37,572 nt of DNA from Escherichia phage SKA5: sequence record OR670062.1; one strand, given 5' to 3'. Under the pieces are notes generated by a model. That model had not been told where the DNA came from. It worked only from the letters and a program-made list of their open reading frames with translations, and searched no databases. Positions 1 through 8,810 of the stretch are shown in pieces (position 1 is the first letter of the stretch; the number at the start of each line of letters is the position of its first letter). The translations under genes and the position numbers were made by a program.

Positions 1-1734
1 TCATAGAATTAAGAGATCATCGTCCGGATCAAGAGATGAGAGGAAATCGTCAGGTTCTTTGAGCATTGCCCGACCGATCGTCATAATCAGTGCAACCGCA
101 CCATCGATTTTGTTTTCCGCCTGCTCCTTGACGGGCTTCACTAAATCATCGTTACCAGGCATGTTTTTGCCGACCACATTGCCGATACACCAGGTCATGA
201 TGGGATTGCCGTCATGATGAAAGCGCCCCGATTCAATCGCTGCTTCCAGCTCTTTCATCGGGTCGGACATATTGGCGAAGTTCTGGACGATAGTAACGGG
301 ATTCAGGTCTTCATCAGCAAGGTCATGTGACAGCCCGGTCGCCCCGAAAGGGTCGATGGGTGACTCACTGACCGGGCTGATTTTGTTCGCCGCTTTGGCC
401 TCTTCGAGGATGTAGCGATAATCCACCTCTGCACCATCGGTAACGGTCAGGACGCCCATTTCCACCCATTTCTGAAAGCGTTCGGCTGTCCGGCGATCTT
501 CATTTTTCTCGACGCTGTACACCGTGTCATACGGTACCCAGAAGCGCGGGGCCACACTGTAGTAATGCGTTTTACCGTCAATCTCGCGGGTATAAAGTCG
601 CGCCATGCTGTTCATATCCAGCTTACGCGCCAGGTCAAAGGCCAGAATGCACGGTTGCCCCTCGAACTGCTCAAGGGTCAGTGATTTATCCTCGCAGCTC
701 TGCCAGCTCACCAGATTAAAATAAGCCGAACGCGCCGACACCCAGATATTGAGGTGTTTTGTTTTAAAGACGTTTGCCAGACGGGCGTTATTTTTCGCAC
801 GCTGCTGCTGACTTAACAAAAATTCGCGATAAACCGACACGCCAATATTTGGATTGGCTTTTTCCAGCACCTGCGGGTCGGTCCAGTCGTCACCTTCGTC
901 AACGGTATAGATGATCCCGAACAGTTCATCGTTAGGCACCGAGCCGTTGAGCATCTCGATGACTTCCCGCCGCTTGTCGTAGCACGGCCCCTCAATGTTG
1001 TACCCGGCGGTGGTGATGGCCCACATCAGTGGCTGACGTCGCGCCCCCATCCCGGTAAGCATCGTGGTGTAAAGCGCATCGGTGGCGTGCTCGTGATATT
1101 CATCCACCACCGCACAGTGGGGTGATGAACCATCACCGGGGTTACCGATCAGCGGTTCAAACCGCGCGCCATCCTCCGGACGGTTCATGTTTGAAGCGTT
1201 AACCTCAATCCCGAACGCTTCCGTCAGCATGGGTGTGCGTTTACACATCAGTCGCGCCGGGCGAAAGACTTCCCACGCCTGTTTCTCTGTCGTGGCACCG
1301 GAATACACTTCCGCGCCAAACTCGTTATCACAGGCAAAACAATACAGGGCAACACCGGCAGAGATTGCTGATTTGCCGTTCTTACGGGGGATTTCGGTAT
1401 ACACCTCCCGGAAGCGGCGCAACCGGGTGCCTTTATTGACCCAGCCAAACGCACAGCAGATCACAAATAGCTGCCACGGCTCCAGCGTGATGGGCATCCG
1501 TTTGAATGCCCACTCACCCTTGGTGTGCGGCAACAGCTGAATAAATTTCGCGGCCCGTTCAGCCAGGTCCTTGTCGAAGCGGTAACGAAACGACTTACTT
1601 TTTTCCGCCATCAGGTCATCAAGATGGCGCTGGCAGGCCTGAATCACAAACTGGCAGGCCACAATCTTTCCGCGCACGACATCACGGGCATACTGATTGG
1701 CAGCATTTACGTTGGGGTAAGATTTCCGGCTCAT
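1..1734 (-). CDS. phage terminase large subunit
   Basis: 577-aa ORF, complete (stop codon is the reverse complement of nt 1-3). Start overlaps the stop of the upstream small terminase (ATGA). Sits after an HNH gene and a P27-type small subunit, as in HK97-like packaging modules. Confidence 0.9.
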   Translation of the reverse strand: MSRKSYPNVNAANQYARDVVRGKIVACQFVIQACQRHLDDLMAEKSKSFRYRFDKDLAERAAKFIQLLPHTKGEWAFKRMPITLEPWQLFVICCAFGWVNKGTRLRRFREVYTEIPRKNGKSAISAGVALYCFACDNEFGAEVYSGATTEKQAWEVFRPARLMCKRTPMLTEAFGIEVNASNMNRPEDGARFEPLIGNPGDGSSPHCAVVDEYHEHATDALYTTMLTGMGARRQPLMWAITTAGYNIEGPCYDKRREVIEMLNGSVPNDELFGIIYTVDEGDDWTDPQVLEKANPNIGVSVYREFLLSQQQRAKNNARLANVFKTKHLNIWVSARSAYFNLVSWQSCEDKSLTLEQFEGQPCILAFDLARKLDMNSMARLYTREIDGKTHYYSVAPRFWVPYDTVYSVEKNEDRRTAERFQKWVEMGVLTVTDGAEVDYRYILEEAKAANKISPVSESPIDPFGATGLSHDLADEDLNPVTIVQNFANMSDPMKELEAAIESGRFHHDGNPIMTWCIGNVVGKNMPGNDDLVKPVKEQAENKIDGAVALIMTIGRAMLKEPDDFLSSLDPDDDLLIL

Positions 1735-2225
1735 GATTCGATGATTTTCAGAAACGGGTTAGTGGCTTTCTTCTGCCCCGCCAGGCCAATCAGACGCTGG
1801 CGGCTGCTGGGGTCGAGTCCGAGCATTGCCCCCGTGCTGCTCATCTCGGACTCCTGTTCTTTTTTGGCGGTCAGCTCCGGATTTTTGACCATACCGCCCA
1901 TTGCACCGGTGATGGTGTTGCCCTGTCTGGCAATATTTTTCACGGCACGTCGCCAGAACTCGTAGGCCACGCACCACCGCTCAAGCACCGCGAGGTCAGT
2001 CACGCACAGCAGGCCCTGACCGCAGAGTTCTTTAGTTGTCAGTTGCCACATGATCGTAGCGAGAGGGAGATCTTCTTCAGCGAACCACTCCGGTGGCTCA
2101 ACACCTTTGATGGGCGTAAAAACAGGTTCATCTTTATTCAGGGCTCGCTTGCCGGGGTTTCCGGCCAGCGCCTTGCGCGCCGTTGGCTTGGGGCGACGCC
2201 CGGAACGCCCCGCCGTTCCAGCCAT
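1731..2225 (-). CDS. phage terminase small subunit (P27-family-like)
   Basis: Basic N-terminus [14 protein letters not shown] typical of P27-type small terminases. ATG at 2225 has AGGAG 8 nt upstream; the ORF-track start at 2234 is GTG without a Shine-Dalgarno (SD) sequence. Confidence 0.8.
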   Translation of the reverse strand: MAGTAGRSGRRPKPTARKALAGNPGKRALNKDEPVFTPIKGVEPPEWFAEEDLPLATIMWQLTTKELCGQGLLCVTDLAVLERWCVAYEFWRRAVKNIARQGNTITGAMGGMVKNPELTAKKEQESEMSSTGAMLGLDPSSRQRLIGLAGQKKATNPFLKIIES

Positions 2226-2350
2226 ATGCGGCACTCCTGGTTAAATTTCATTTTTCGCGGGTATAAAAAAACGATGGGGCGGGCAGTCCGGAAGACGTCA
2301 GGCTGCAGGGATTTGACCCGCCCCTCCCCTCAGACAGTTGAGAATTATTA

Positions 2351-2701
2351 TCACTTTAACCGTTCACGGGCCGTCTTCGCCTTATGACACGGCCAGCACA
2401 GACTCTGCAGATTACTGTCAGCATCAGTGCCGCCATGCGCTTTAGGGATGATGTGGTCAACAGTTTTCGCCTCACGCACCACACCAGCACGCAGACATAA
2501 TTGACACAGGCCTTTGTCACGCTTCAGAACACGCGCGCGGATACTGTCCCACTTCGAACCGTAGCCGCGCTGATGACGGGATTGTCCAGGTTTGTATTGC
2601 TTCCAGCCTTCGCTTTTGTGGCTTTCGCAGTAGCCTGAAGGGTCAGTAGTGGTATGGCGGCAGCCGCGAACACGGCAGGCTTTCGGGGTTCGTGGCGGCA
2701 T
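2351..2701 (-). CDS. HNH endonuclease (packaging-associated)
   Basis: 116 aa with Cys-rich zinc motifs and an HNH signature (DHIIPKAHGGTD...N...CWPCH). Lies immediately upstream of the terminase genes, as in HK97-like cos phages. Confidence 0.85.
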   Translation of the reverse strand: MPPRTPKACRVRGCRHTTTDPSGYCESHKSEGWKQYKPGQSRHQRGYGSKWDSIRARVLKRDKGLCQLCLRAGVVREAKTVDHIIPKAHGGTDADSNLQSLCWPCHKAKTARERLK

Positions 2702-2747
2702 TAATGCTTCCCTTTAAGTTATTACGATGGAACAGACCATAGAAATG

Positions 2748-2775
2748 GCAATAAAAAACCGCCCGGAGGCGGTTC
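2748..2775 (-). terminator. rho-independent terminator downstream of moron ORF 2794..3114
   Basis: On the minus-strand transcript: hairpin CCGCCTCCGGGCGG followed by a U-run. Confidence 0.55.
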
Positions 2776-2793
2776 AATTATCATCTCGATAAA

Positions 2794-3114
2794 CTAAATC
2801 AGATCACCAATGTATTTTGCACTAATTGAAATTTGCATCTGAGGCATTCCGACCACAGATCCATTTAACAGGTAATCACGTCCTCGTTCCTGCAAAGAAA
2901 GACTCAATTCAAAGTTCTTTACCCCAGGGAAAACCGAGGTGACATTTAAATCATGCTGCGATACGCGCAGAATAAGTTGGCTACCGTCAATTTTTCCCTG
3001 ATACGTAAAACCAAAATCTCCGCCGTTTACTGCATTGTTTTTGACAACTACGGTACCATTACCAAAATCACGTTGATTGCTTCTGAAAACAACAAAATAG
3101 ATACCATCTTTCAT
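2794..3114 (-). CDS. hypothetical protein (AT-rich moron between lysis and packaging genes)
   Basis: 106-aa ORF with no signal peptide, its own terminator, and visibly lower GC than the flanks. No family recognised. Confidence 0.5.
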   Translation of the reverse strand: MKDGIYFVVFRSNQRDFGNGTVVVKNNAVNGGDFGFTYQGKIDGSQLILRVSQHDLNVTSVFPGVKNFELSLSLQERGRDYLLNGSVVGMPQMQISISAKYIGDLI

Positions 3115-3206
3115 GTGTAAAGCCCTTTAAAAGAGTCACCAAAATCAGGTGCTTTGTATCTATTGGGCCATCACATATCAAATCAAGGAACAAAACAAAG
3201 TTAACA

Positions 3207-3476
3207 TCATTTTTTTTGCATGATGTGACCACGCTCAACTTCAATCCTTCTGATGTCAGCTTTATCGGTATTACACTGCGCCAATGCAGACAACAAGGCG
3301 ACATTCAGATCTAAGCTCGAGCCCCACGTAAAATGATCAGGTAAATCAGGCTGAGGGGTTTCAGCCGTCAGGCTGGCTGGTAACGGAACTACCGGAACCT
3401 GGACGTAAACTGTTCGCGTACTTCCGCAACCGGTCAGCAGCGGCAGCAGGCACAGGACGTGAAGCACAATCATCAT
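3207..3476 (-). CDS. Rz1-like outer-membrane spanin lipoprotein
   Basis: ORF in an alternative frame overlapping the 3' end of the Rz-like gene. From the MM start: signal peptide with lipobox LLTGC followed by a Pro-rich segment. Confidence 0.55.
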   Translation of the reverse strand: MMIVLHVLCLLPLLTGCGSTRTVYVQVPVVPLPASLTAETPQPDLPDHFTWGSSLDLNVALLSALAQCNTDKADIRRIEVERGHIMQKK

Positions 3477-3753
3477 CCGCAACAGCCACTTTGATATCTT
3501 CCTGGGTTCTCTGTGACTCCAGTGCGATCTGCTGTTTTGCATGTTGATTCGCCTCCTGAATGATGTTCGTTATTGCCATAGTACGCAGAACATTCGCGGT
3601 GATAGCCTCAGTAGAATCAGCTCGCTGTTCCGCAGCATCAGCACGCTTCTGCTCCTCCAGAAACTTTCCATGATAGTGATTCGCTGACCAGACAAGACCA
3701 CCAGCGACACAAGCAATAAACGTTAAAATGAGCGCCCAATAACTCATCTTCAT
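3361..3753 (-). CDS. Rz-like inner-membrane spanin
   Basis: 130 aa with an N-terminal TM helix then a charged, coiled-coil-like region. Follows the endolysin with an ATGA overlap and contains the overlapping Rz1-like ORF. Confidence 0.7.
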   Translation of the reverse strand: MKMSYWALILTFIACVAGGLVWSANHYHGKFLEEQKRADAAEQRADSTEAITANVLRTMAITNIIQEANQHAKQQIALESQRTQEDIKVAVADDDCASRPVPAAAADRLRKYANSLRPGSGSSVTSQPDG

Positions 3754-4364
3754 ACCAGCAGCGCCGCCCGCGCCTTGTTGTATCGGACCTTACGATCCTC
3801 AATACCGTTCAAACCGCCGTTAATGATGCGCGTAACACGGTTAATATCGGCACCGTAGATCATGCAACCTTTAGAGGTGTAGAACCATGCAGCTGAGCGC
3901 GCAGCCTGTAGTTCCTGTTCCAGTTGTTCAGGTGAAGTCACCAGATCTAACTTCAGCGCCGCGCCACAGATGCGATAATTATGGAGGCCAGTGATTTGAA
4001 TTAATCCTCTACCACGATATTTCCAGCCATCACCTGGTGCTTTGTTACCCAGTCGGTTGCTATACACCAGATTGGCAATAGCATCCTGACGAGCTGCATG
4101 TCCGGATGTTCTGCCAAGGGCATCAGCCTGCTGCTGTGTGATCCTCTTTCCGAACGTCGCCACAAGCGCAGATGGTGTGTAGTTAAGATTTTCAACTACG
4201 GCGCTAAACCCCATCGACTCATGGCCTACCTGAGCGATAAACATTGCCTGATCCGCTGGTGCTGTAATGCCGAATTCCTTCATCGCCGCATCAATGTGCG
4301 GAAACCAGCGCGCAGCCAGCCCGGCGCTAATACCAGCCGCCTTTTGAAATAATTGTTGGTTCAT
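3750..4364 (-). CDS. endolysin, glycoside hydrolase family 19 type
   Basis: 204 aa with a GH19/chitinase-like catalytic region (AQVGHESMGF, GRGLIQITG, NY). Follows the holin-like genes. Confidence 0.85.
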   Translation of the reverse strand: MNQQLFQKAAGISAGLAARWFPHIDAAMKEFGITAPADQAMFIAQVGHESMGFSAVVENLNYTPSALVATFGKRITQQQADALGRTSGHAARQDAIANLVYSNRLGNKAPGDGWKYRGRGLIQITGLHNYRICGAALKLDLVTSPEQLEQELQAARSAAWFYTSKGCMIYGADINRVTRIINGGLNGIEDRKVRYNKARAALLV

Positions 4365-4645
4365 TAGTGCCTCAGATGATCAACCAGACGTGCAACGTTG
4401 CCTCTGACGGCCACCAGCACGGAAAGAAAAATAGTGTTCGCCACGATAATGGGCCATGAGGAATGAGGATAAATCCCACAGAGATAGGCCAACGGAACAG
4501 CACTGTATGTAACAGTAATCAGCCAGGCTAAACGTGAAACCCAAGGACGATGCCGCGAATCACCACGACGATAAAACATCAGAGTAATAACAACACAAGC
4601 ACATAACAGCGCATTTATAGTTGCTGTCGGGTCATTTAGCTCCAC
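4364..4645 (-). CDS. small membrane protein, holin/antiholin-like
   Basis: 93 aa with 2-3 predicted hydrophobic helices, located between the holin-like gene and the endolysin. Confidence 0.5.
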   Translation of the reverse strand: MELNDPTATINALLCACVVITLMFYRRGDSRHRPWVSRLAWLITVTYSAVPLAYLCGIYPHSSWPIIVANTIFLSVLVAVRGNVARLVDHLRH

Positions 4646-5018
4646 CTGAACCTCCCCGGCGCGTTATGAGCGCCACCAGCGAGCCGATATCCTGATTATT
4701 CAGGAACGTCAGGATTTTAACGGCTAAAGCAGAGACGATTACGGCACCAATAGCATCCAGAGGTTTATCACTGTATCCGGTCAAGTTCGCCAGCTTGGAG
4801 CCAACCAACCCAGAGCAAAGAATCCCGGCAATATATGACACGATAAAATATGCCAGTCGGCGCGATGCACTCAGATCTGCTGCTGTTGCTATGTAGAATA
4901 CAGCCCCTGCAAATGCGCCAAATACAACGCCGTAATCAGTTCCGGTCAGCAGTCCATAAACACTGGCACCCGTCAGGGCACCACCAGCCAGCCCAGTACC
5001 GGAAATCGGATCGGACAT
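4632..5018 (-). CDS. holin-like membrane protein
   Basis: 128 aa with Gly/Ala-rich hydrophobic helices and a charged C-terminus. Strong SD (AGAGGGGG). First gene of the lysis cassette. Confidence 0.55.
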   Translation of the reverse strand: MSDPISGTGLAGGALTGASVYGLLTGTDYGVVFGAFAGAVFYIATAADLSASRRLAYFIVSYIAGILCSGLVGSKLANLTGYSDKPLDAIGAVIVSALAVKILTFLNNQDIGSLVALITRRGGSGGAK

Positions 5019-5097
5019 TTAGCCCCCTCTTAATTGCTGTTGGTCCTCTCAGATATGAGGGGAAGGGATCTTAATGACAGTCTGTTTATTATTTCAG

Positions 5098-5355
5098 TCA
5101 AATACTACCCTGTTGATGATTTCTCAGAAGCGAACTTGACTCCCAGGGGAAACTCAACTTTCCGTTAAAACCACCAGCAGACATTCGTTCAATTTCCACA
5201 GAAATATCACTGAGCCGTTCTTCAAGCTCTGCTTTTTCTTTTACCAGACGGTTATAGCGGCTTAGATGAAGCTTTTGCTGCTCCAGCCAGTCTTCAAGCT
5301 GTTCAACAGTCATACCAGGGTTAAAAAAATATGGCTGCTGCTTTTCGCCCTGCAT
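5098..5355 (-). CDS. hypothetical protein (first ORF downstream of the late terminator)
   Basis: 85 aa from the ATG at 5355 with a GGAGG SD. The longer ORF-track start (5424) would lie upstream of the terminator hairpin, so the shorter start is preferred. Confidence 0.45.
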   Translation of the reverse strand: MQGEKQQPYFFNPGMTVEQLEDWLEQQKLHLSRYNRLVKEKAELEERLSDISVEIERMSAGGFNGKLSFPWESSSLLRNHQQGSI

Positions 5356-5370
5356 TATTGACCTCCAGAA

Positions 5371-5398
5371 AAGCAAAAACCCCGCCGAAGCGAGGTTT
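5371..5398 (-). terminator. tR'-like intrinsic terminator (expected target of Q antitermination)
   Basis: Hairpin CCTCGC-TTCG-GCGGGG followed by UUUUU on minus-strand RNA, roughly 65 nt downstream of the predicted late promoter. Confidence 0.5.
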
Positions 5399-5445
5399 GT
5401 TATGATTTCGTTAACGGCAGACATACAAAGCCCATCGTTAGGAGA

Positions 5446-5474
5446 ATCCTAACCATATTTTTTGAAAAATGCAA
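5446..5474 (-). promoter_or_regulatory. putative late promoter (pR'-like)
   Basis: TTGCAT-N17-TAGGAT on the minus strand, immediately downstream of the Q gene. Confidence 0.35.
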
Positions 5475-5505
5475 GCATCATGCCGCCATCTTCGGCGAAA
5501 ATCAT

Positions 5506-6258
5506 TTATCTTGTCACTTTTCTCAATTGTGTCTCTGCATATGCTTCTTCCTGCCAGCACTTTGTAACCAGTTTATCAATGACATCTGCATATCCTTTGT
5601 ACCACTGATAATCCGTCAGGTCCGGTACCAGCTTCTGGACATGATGCCGCGCCAGTGTGGTTGGTAAACGGCTAAACCGGTTGCCATTGCAACGCCCACA
5701 AATCTTATAAACAGGCACACCATGAAGCCGGGTTCTTTTTTCATCCAGGACAATACCTTTACCCTTACACCCTCTGCACGCTGTGCTGACTTCTCCCTTA
5801 CCATGGCAATGCTGACATAGTTCCTTCACCCACTCTTCCTTGATAACAGATTCCCCGCTTCTGGAGTGTTTCACCACTTCGCGCAATACATTATGAAATC
5901 CAGTACCAGCACAATGCTCACAGCGAGCCTTACTTGCCGCAGACCTGGAATAATCAGCAAAGGCAAAATTCACAAGGTAAGGGATGATCTGTAACCGGGT
6001 TTCTTCACTCAATTTGTTCAATGTCGGGTTATCCAGTGCCATCGCGTAATTGAGCAGACCTTCAATCGCAAATTGAGGATCCTGAACACCAACTTTTGCC
6101 AGGAATAAGGCAAACCCAAGCGGTGCTTTCGACTGCACCATCCCCTGCGCAGCCATCACATCCGTAATCGTTAAACCACCTGAGCCTGTCGCCGGTGCGT
6201 CATCGCTCAATTTTGGAGATTTTGGGGAGTAATATTTTGGTAAGGCTTCAAGGTTCAT
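5506..6258 (-). CDS. late-gene antitermination protein Q
   Basis: 250 aa from MNLEALPKYY. Four CxxCxGxG zinc-finger repeats. Sits directly upstream of the late promoter and lysis genes. From memory it resembles the Q protein of E. coli cryptic lambdoid prophages (QuuD-type). Confidence 0.75.
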   Translation of the reverse strand: MNLEALPKYYSPKSPKLSDDAPATGSGGLTITDVMAAQGMVQSKAPLGFALFLAKVGVQDPQFAIEGLLNYAMALDNPTLNKLSEETRLQIIPYLVNFAFADYSRSAASKARCEHCAGTGFHNVLREVVKHSRSGESVIKEEWVKELCQHCHGKGEVSTACRGCKGKGIVLDEKRTRLHGVPVYKICGRCNGNRFSRLPTTLARHHVQKLVPDLTDYQWYKGYADVIDKLVTKCWQEEAYAETQLRKVTR

Positions 6259-6271
6259 GCTCGTTCTCCAC

Positions 6272-7267
6272 TTACGCCAGTACGCCAATTGCCAGCGCAC
6301 GATCGATAAAACGAAATATCAGCTCCAGCTGGGAGCCATACTTCTCTTCAAATGCCACGGTATCCGCATGCAGCTCGTCGTGATGCTTTCTGCACAAAGG
6401 CAACACAAAGAGGTCATGCGCTTTTGTACCCATTCCACCCTGACCGTGGCCTATCAGGTGGTGGGGATCATCAGCAGGCTTTCCACAACATGCACACGGC
6501 TGTGTCTTAACCCAGCGCGTGTACTTTTCATTAACCCAGCGGCGGCGTTTTGGGCGTAACATAAAAGACTCCGGCGACTCCGGATCCACTTTCAGCGCCA
6601 GCACCTTTTTTGCCTTATCCTGGATGATGCTGGTGGCAGGAACCGAAGGCACAAGGTCACTTTCCCGGGTGACAGACGGCACAACAGGCTTTGGTAATCT
6701 CAGTGCCTTACGGGCTGCACTTTCCGGTAAGGCATCCGCCAGGTCATTACGAATCAGCCACCAGCACAGTTCCGGCATTGTCACAACGTGACTATCATCA
6801 AAACCGAGATCCCGACGCACAACAGACAACACCCAGCGGGCACAGTTATCCGTTGCCATTGATTCCAGCCGTTCCGTGAACTGATCGCGCAGCTGGTTAT
6901 CGCAGTGCCAGCACAGACGGATTGCGCCCGGAGCGTGTCGCATTGTGGTCATGTTCTCGCTGTGCCAGTCGGAATGAGGCCACTGGCAGCCTTTTTCACG
7001 AAGTAACCAGCTTTCAAGACATTCCACGCCACCAGCACGACGGATCACTGCCTCATTGCGGAACACGGCCCGAACGGCAGGATCATCCGCCAGCGGTTGT
7101 GATGCCGCCGGAACGGCACCACTGGCGAAAGATGAATAACGTTCCGGCTCAGGCTCCAGCAGAACACGCCCCTGCATAAACAGGGGCATCAGCTCTGAAC
7201 CTGGCCTGAACAATACGATCCCCATACGCGGGGCAATTTCAGGGGTCAGTAGTGCTCTCACGGTCAC
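6272..7267 (-). CDS. DUF968-like prophage protein with C-terminal HNH-like zinc motif
   Basis: 331 aa; C-terminus CACCGK...HHLIGHG...CRKHHDELH. Typical nin-region position between the KilA-N gene and Q. Confidence 0.5.
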   Translation of the reverse strand: MTVRALLTPEIAPRMGIVLFRPGSELMPLFMQGRVLLEPEPERYSSFASGAVPAASQPLADDPAVRAVFRNEAVIRRAGGVECLESWLLREKGCQWPHSDWHSENMTTMRHAPGAIRLCWHCDNQLRDQFTERLESMATDNCARWVLSVVRRDLGFDDSHVVTMPELCWWLIRNDLADALPESAARKALRLPKPVVPSVTRESDLVPSVPATSIIQDKAKKVLALKVDPESPESFMLRPKRRRWVNEKYTRWVKTQPCACCGKPADDPHHLIGHGQGGMGTKAHDLFVLPLCRKHHDELHADTVAFEEKYGSQLELIFRFIDRALAIGVLA

Positions 7268-7268
7268 C

Positions 7269-8078
7269 TCAATGAACGGTATCGAGCAGCTTTAACAGCT
7301 CAGGGAATCGGGATTCGAAGAAATGCGGCTGCGTCTCGCGCGGATTTGCAGGACTGGTGATGTTCTTGCCGAACATGCAGCCTTTCGCCGTCAGCGACCA
7401 GAATTTTTTGATGTTGTTAATCGCGGTACGGCTGTATCGTTCGCGTTGTTCAACGATCCCCAGCTTCACCATCTGGTGATATGCCTGATTAGCCGTCAGG
7501 CGGATACCATACTGCTTCAGCAGTGCACTCAGCGACAGCGTGGGGCGACTTGAGCCATCAGGCGCGTCAGCAGGAGCATCAATGGCATAGCGCGGTGCCA
7601 GATTCGGTAAGCCAACAGCCTCCTGAAGCTTCTGACAGGCTCCAAGCACTGATGAGTTAGACAGATTTAATTCCCGGCGCATAAAGTCCAGCAGGATCAC
7701 GCCAGCCTGCATCTTGTCAGCAGCCTGTCCGGATAATTTTTCCGGTGCGCTGGTTACCATGTCGAAAGTACGGATCACCTTCAGATGGAATGACGGGCTG
7801 ATCCACATTGCATAGGCATACACCAGTTCCTTGCAGACATAAGTTCCCCGTTCATTTCCCCCATGAATCACACTCACCGGGTCAACACCCAAATTCTGGG
7901 TGTTGGTCAATTCATGAACGAGTTCAACAGTTTGTTGGCTGGAAAGAAACTTTCCTGGCTCCTTGGTTCTGGCATTTGCACCAGATGCTACTGCTGCGCG
8001 ATGCAGATCGTTCAGGCTGTAACGCCCATAAGCATCACGACGAACTTCAATACCATCAATGACCATCAGATTATTCAT
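7269..8078 (-). CDS. KilA-N domain protein
   Basis: N-terminal KilA-N-like domain (MVIDGIEVR, YSLNDLH). The ATG at 8078 has an AGGAG SD; the ORF-track start is 8111. Confidence 0.65.
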   Translation of the reverse strand: MNNLMVIDGIEVRRDAYGRYSLNDLHRAAVASGANARTKEPGKFLSSQQTVELVHELTNTQNLGVDPVSVIHGGNERGTYVCKELVYAYAMWISPSFHLKVIRTFDMVTSAPEKLSGQAADKMQAGVILLDFMRRELNLSNSSVLGACQKLQEAVGLPNLAPRYAIDAPADAPDGSSRPTLSLSALLKQYGIRLTANQAYHQMVKLGIVEQRERYSRTAINNIKKFWSLTAKGCMFGKNITSPANPRETQPHFFESRFPELLKLLDTVH

Positions 8079-8097
8079 ACTTCGTTTCTCCTCTTGA

Positions 8098-8487
8098 TCA
8101 GGCGGCTGCACCCGCCGTTTTCTCGTACTTACTGATAGTGATCTCGACCTTCCCTTCCGGGATAACCGGTCCCCACTCCACCAGCATTCTTTTCACCTGG
8201 CTGTCGTCTTCCCACACACCCGCGTGGGTCAGGGCGTCAAACAGTGCCTTGTTATAGTTGTCCAGATCGCGGATCCGGTTATCCGGAGGAAACAACACAA
8301 TCTCCACTGAAGCAGGTGCCGACGTTGGTTTCGGCAGACGACGTAACTGCTCAACTATTGCTGCGCACGCCGCGCTCTGGAATTTTCGCCCCGCCGCACT
8401 TATCAGGCTCTTACCAGCAAATGCCCCTTTGTTGGGGTGTCGCCAGTAGGTGTTCACGCTGGGTGGAAAAGGCAGAATCAGCTTCAT
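8098..8487 (-). CDS. rusA: Holliday junction resolvase RusA
   Basis: 129 aa with RusA hallmarks (PPSVNTYW, RDLDNYNKALFDALT, acidic catalytic cluster). Confidence 0.85.
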   Translation of the reverse strand: MKLILPFPPSVNTYWRHPNKGAFAGKSLISAAGRKFQSAACAAIVEQLRRLPKPTSAPASVEIVLFPPDNRIRDLDNYNKALFDALTHAGVWEDDSQVKRMLVEWGPVIPEGKVEITISKYEKTAGAAA

Positions 8488-8810
8488 ACTTTCAGCCCCC
8501 TCTCATGTAACCAGTGGGTTGCACGCAGCCTGGCGTTTTCCTCACCGGCAAGCAGTGAGCGGATAATCCCGACCGCCTCGCTGTCGTCATCCTTCACCGC
8601 GGTATGAAGCGTGATGCCCCGGGCCACGCCACGCTTTATCGTGATGACGCCTTTTTTCTCCAGTGCGCGAAGATGCTCCACCGCTGCATTCACTGAACGG
8701 TATCCCAGCATGGTTGCCACCTCCTGATTGGTTGGCGGGAAGCCACGTTCTTTCTGATAAGAAATCAGCATATCCAGCACCTGCTGCTGGCATTGAGTTA
8801 ACGTCGTCAT
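8484..8810 (-). CDS. LexA N-terminal DNA-binding-domain-like protein (no peptidase domain)
   Basis: 108 aa strongly resembling the LexA winged-helix domain (QQQVLDML, GFPPTNQEVATMLGYRSVNAAVEHLRALEKKGVI). Lacks the S24 autoprotease region. Confidence 0.65.
   Translation of the reverse strand: MTTLTQCQQQVLDMLISYQKERGFPPTNQEVATMLGYRSVNAAVEHLRALEKKGVITIKRGVARGITLHTAVKDDDSEAVGIIRSLLAGEENARLRATHWLHERGLKV

Noticed and set aside
813-1965. Several 60-170-aa ORFs inside or antisense to the terminase large-subunit gene (813..995, 1187..1540, 1233..1439, 1248..1454, 1525..1965).
   Set aside because: They are fully embedded in a well-supported long gene, have low-complexity Arg/Pro-rich translations and no SD; typical shadow ORFs.
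3068-3304. 78-aa ORF overlapping the Rz1 3' end and the start of the 106-aa moron gene.
   Set aside because: Overlaps two better-supported genes, has no ribosome-binding site and a hydrophobic, Cys-rich junk-like translation.
5019-5505. Looked for a Shiga-toxin or other AB5-toxin cargo between Q and the lysis genes.
   Set aside because: Only a single 85-aa ORF of unknown type is present; no stxA/stxB-sized gene pair and no tRNA genes in this interval.
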